DNA of 64,000 bases from the human T2T-CHM13v2.0 reference genome, Homo sapiens. The notes beneath the pieces were generated by a model, which worked only from the letters and a program-made list of their open reading frames with translations, searched no databases and was not told the origin of the DNA. This document shows positions 59,840-64,000 of this stretch, one piece after another. The translations under genes were made by a program, and so were the position numbers. Positions within the stretch are counted from its first letter, which is position 1. Every line of letters starts with the position of its first letter. The stretch lies in NCBI RefSeq assembly GCF_009914755.1, contig NC_060933.1; one strand, given 5' to 3'.

Positions 59840-61414
59840 CTACTTCTCTAAGCACACTGATAAATTAGACTGTGTCTAACTGTATTATACTGGGTTTTCT
59901 ATCATTTATTTGTTATTTTATTCATTCATTCTGCAGATTTTTTGTACCTTGTATTTGCATGGCTCATGTTAAGTGCTGGGGGAGACGTATTCGAGTTTAT
60001 CAGGAAGTAGAGAACATGTTCAAAAATAACTATAATCCAAGCTAGCCAGTGATAAATACAGGAGAATCATCTTTAGTAAAATGGTTGTGGAAGCCTAGAG
60101 ATGGTAGAAAGCATGTATGAGGGAGGAGGACAGCAGGGAGGACTTCATGAAGACAGCAGCATTTAGACGAAGCTTAAAAGGAGGTGGAATTTGACATTGA
60201 GAGTTTGGGCGTGGGTAAATAACATTCTAGGCAAAGGTGCAAAAAGATCAAAGCATGGCGGGAGGCTCAGTGCAATTTGTTAGGATGGGGGTTATGTGAA
60301 GATGATTAGAAAGAAATGAGGCCATGTAACTAGGTCAGTGTCAAATGGAGAAGGATCTTCAAATACTCACTTAGGAGTTTGTTCTTTATCCTGAAGGCAA
60401 TGGGGAGTCATTGAAGGGTTTTGAATAAGGGGGAGGTATGACCAAGCTGTGCTTTCAGTAAAGTTAATCTGCCATCAGCATGTGAAGTAGACTGAAGTAT
60501 GTGAGAGGGAGACTTTCGTTGTTTTTATTTTGTAACTGCTTTGCAGCAGTTTGTTGATAGATTGAAAAATTGTCTTAATGTTTAATTGGGAGGTAATTGC
60601 CTTTCTTCTGGTGATCGTTGGATTTTGAAATAAGCATCCAGGGCATAGTTTATTGTCTGGGGAATGCAGCTGTAACGTTATAATGGGGAATCTGCAGGAA
60701 AATAAGAATCACTTATCAGAATGGCTTTATAGGAAACTTCCAGAACTAACTTCTTTCTTCCTTCTTTTCTTTTGAACATTTTCTTTTAAACAAAATGTGT
60801 TCATATTCATTTTATCCAGTAATAACCTGGTAATGCTAGATCACATAAAATCTACAAGTATTGAACACCTAAAGGCTATTGAACACCTAAAGGCTCTTTC
60901 TTGCCTTTTCCTACTCAGCCTCCAGAGCTGTTTTCCATCTCACTCAAGGACTTACTTTGTTAAAGTGCCTAAATCAAACTCATTTTGCAAGGATCTGCCT
61001 TATTTCAGTGGTGGCTCTAATGGGAATAGTTGTAGGAAACTTGAATGTCATGAATATTTAAATATGTTATGACTTCTAGTATTTGTAGTATAGAGAAGGC
61101 TCTGTTACCGTTGTTTTTTTCAGTAGGGCTCTCTTTATAGGGCCTTGGCTTTGGCTAGTTAGCACCATTGATTTTAGTCATTCAACGAGTATTTAGTGAA
61201 CATCTATTAGGCACTGAAAAATCATGGTGAATCAGACAACCACGGCCCTGCTCAATGTGGAACTTATATTCTAGCAGGGGATATATACAAGTAAATAGTC
61301 AAATATAGTCTGAGAGAGGGAAAATACTGGGTACTGTGAAAGCACCGACCCCGAGTAGAGGTCAGAGAAAACTTAACAAGTGGGATATAAACTGAGACCT
61401 GAAAACTAATTGGG

Positions 61415-61752
<338 letters not shown>

Positions 61753-61764
61753 TTAGCCTAAGCT

Positions 61765-61963
61765 TGCGGGGAGACAACTGGGGGGAAATGGACTGCTAAT
61801 GAGTATGAGGTTTCTTTCTTTTTGGAGTGATGAAAATGCTTCAAAATGGATTGTGGTGATGGTTGCACAGCTCCATGAATATACTAAAAACCATTGACTT
61901 GTGTACTTTAAATTGGTAAATTGTATGCTATGTGAATCATATCTCAATAAACCTATTTAAAAA
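61765..61963 (+). mobile_element. L1MB-like 3' end
   Basis: GACTGCTAATGAGTATGAGGTTTCTT...GAATATACTAAAAACCATTGA...TATCTCAATAAA. Confidence 0.85.
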
Positions 61964-62381
61964 GTCAGTTGGAGAAGCCAGCAGCAGGAAGGGTGTACCT
62001 GGCAATGAAACAGCACATGCAGAGGCTCCGTGCCATGAACAAAAAAGGAAGAGATCCACTAGGTCTGGAACCTCCTGGGAAGTGGAGAGCAGTAAGACAG
62101 AGGAAAGTGAAGAGGCTTGAGAGGGGGAGTGGGGCCTGCACAGGTAGGTCCTTGAAGTCCTGTAAATAATAACAGCAGGTACCACTTACGAAGGGCTTAT
62201 CAAATGCCTGGTACTGTTGTAAGCTGTTTCCATGCATTACCTCATTAATTCTCACAACAACCTTATGAGGTAGGTACTGTTGTTACTGGCATCTTATAAG
62301 TGGGAAAACCAAAGCACAAAACTGTGAAGTAACCTGCCCATAGTCACAGATCTAGCAAGTGGCATGGCTGAGATATGAGCC

Positions 62382-62713
62382 TGTATTAGTCTGTTTTCAC
62401 CCTGCTGATAAAGACATACCCGAGACTGGGAAGAAAAAGAGGTTTAATTGGACTTACAGTTCCACAGGCTGGGGAGGCCTCAGAATCATGGCAGGAGGCA
62501 AGAACCAAGAGAAAATAAGGAGGAAGCAAAAGTGGAAGCCCCCAATAAACCCATCAGATCTCATGAGACTTATTTACTATCATGAGACTAGCATAGGAAA
62601 GACCAGCCCCGTGATTAAATTACCTCCCTCTAGGTCCCTCCCAGAACATGTGGGAATTCTGGGAGATACAATTCAAGTTGAGATTTGAATGGGGACACAG
62701 CCAAACCATATCA
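62382..62713 (-). mobile_element. THE1 (THE1C-like) 3' LTR
   Basis: TGTATTAGTCTGTTTTCAC...GGGGACACAGCCAAACCATATCA termini. GAGACTGGGAAGAAAAAGAGGTTTAATTGGAC. Confidence 0.92.
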
Positions 62714-64000
62714 TTCTGCCCTTGGCCCCTCCAAATCTCATATCCTCACATTTCAAAACCAATCATGCCTTCCCAATAGTTCCCCAAAGTCTTAATTCAT
62801 TTCAACATTAACCCAGAAGTCCACAATCCAAAGTCTCATCTGAGACAAGGCAAGTCCCTTCTGCCTATGAGCCTTTAAAATCAAAAGTAAGCTAGTTACT
62901 TCCTAGATACAATGGGGGTACATGTATTGGGTAAACACAGCCATTCCAAATGGGAGAAATTGGCCAAAACAAAGGTGTTACAGGGCCCATGCAAGTCCAA
63001 AATCCAGTGGAGCAGTCAAATTTTAAAGCTCCAAAATGATCTCCTTTGACTCCACATCTCACATGCAGGTCAAGCTGATGCAAGAGGTGGGTTCCCATGG
63101 TCTTGGGCAGCTCCGCCCCTGTGGCTTTGCAGGGTACAGCCTCCCTCCCAGCTGCTTTCATGGGCTGGCGTTGAGTGTCTGCGGCTTTTCTAGGCTCCTG
63201 GTGCAAGCTGTTGGTGGATCTACCATTCTGGGGTCTGGAGGATGTTGGCCCTCTTCTCACAGCTCCAGTAGGCAGTGCCCCAGTAGGGACTGTGTATGGG
63301 GGCTCCCACCCCACATTTCCCTTCCGCACTACCCTAGCAGAAGTTCTCCATGAGGGCCCCACCCCTGCAGCAAACTTTTGCCTGGGCATCCAGGCATTTC
63401 CATACATCTTCTGAAATCTAGGCAAAGGTTCCCAAACCTCAATTCTTGACTTCTGTGCACCTGCAGTCTCAACACCACGTGGAAGCTGGCAAGGTTTGGG
63501 GTTTCCACCCTCTGAAGCCACAGCCCAAGCTGTACGTTGGCCCCTTTCAGCCATGGCTGGAGCAGCTGGGACACAGGGCACCAAGTCCCTAGGCTGCACA
63601 CAGCAGGGGCACCCTGTGCCTGGCCTATGAAACCACTTTTTCCTCCTGAGCCTCTGTGCCTGTGATGGAAGGTGCTGCCATGAAGGTCTCTGACATGGCC
63701 TGGAGACATTTTCCCTATTGTCTTGGGGATTAACATTAGGCTCCTTGCTACTTATGCAGATTTCTGAAGCTGGCTTGAATTTCTCCCAGAAAATGGGTTT
63801 TCCTTTTCTATTGCATCATCAGGCAGCAAATTTTCTGAACTTTTATACTCTGTTTCCCTTTTAAAACGGAATGCCTTTGACAGCACCCAAGTCACATTTT
63901 GAATGCTTTGCTGCTTAAAAATTTCTTCTGCCAGATAACCTAGATCATCCCTCTCAAGTTCAGAGTTCCACAAATCTCTAGGGCAGGGGCAAAATGCTGC
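62714..64000 (-). mobile_element. THE1 internal region, continuing beyond the window
   Basis: Polypurine tract adjacent to the LTR. Minus-strand translation AQKSRIEVWEPLPRFQKMYGNAWMPRQKF is typical of the MaLR internal ORF. Confidence 0.92.

Overview
This is human (primate) genomic DNA, dense in Alu, L1, L2, MIR, MaLR and DNA-transposon repeats. It holds three non-repeat landmarks. (1) A full-length processed copy of RAB1B mRNA on the minus strand (~25154-27089) with an uninterrupted 201-codon ORF (RAB1C), a poly(A) signal, a short tail and a target-site duplication (TSD). (2) A CpG-island promoter with a non-coding first exon ending at a CAG|GTAAGG donor at 40818. From my memory of the RAB1C neighbourhood on 9p13 this is most likely FRMPD1, but no FRMPD1 coding exon lies in the window, so that name is recalled, not shown by the sequence. 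(3) A 3'-truncated, tail-less 7SK retrocopy nested in a MaLR LTR. The window ends inside a THE1 element. I found no convincing new multi-gene system. The best leads are the intact RAB1C ORF and several small insertion scars: a 24-nt orphan micro-retrocopy with TSD, a 146-bp Alu segment apparently copied from a neighbouring Alu without tail or TSD, a collapsed inverted-Alu remnant, and a tightly spaced inverted Alu pair. Repeat subfamily names come from recognition by eye and need RepeatMasker/Dfam confirmation. Many old MIR/L2/L1M fragments are not listed individually.
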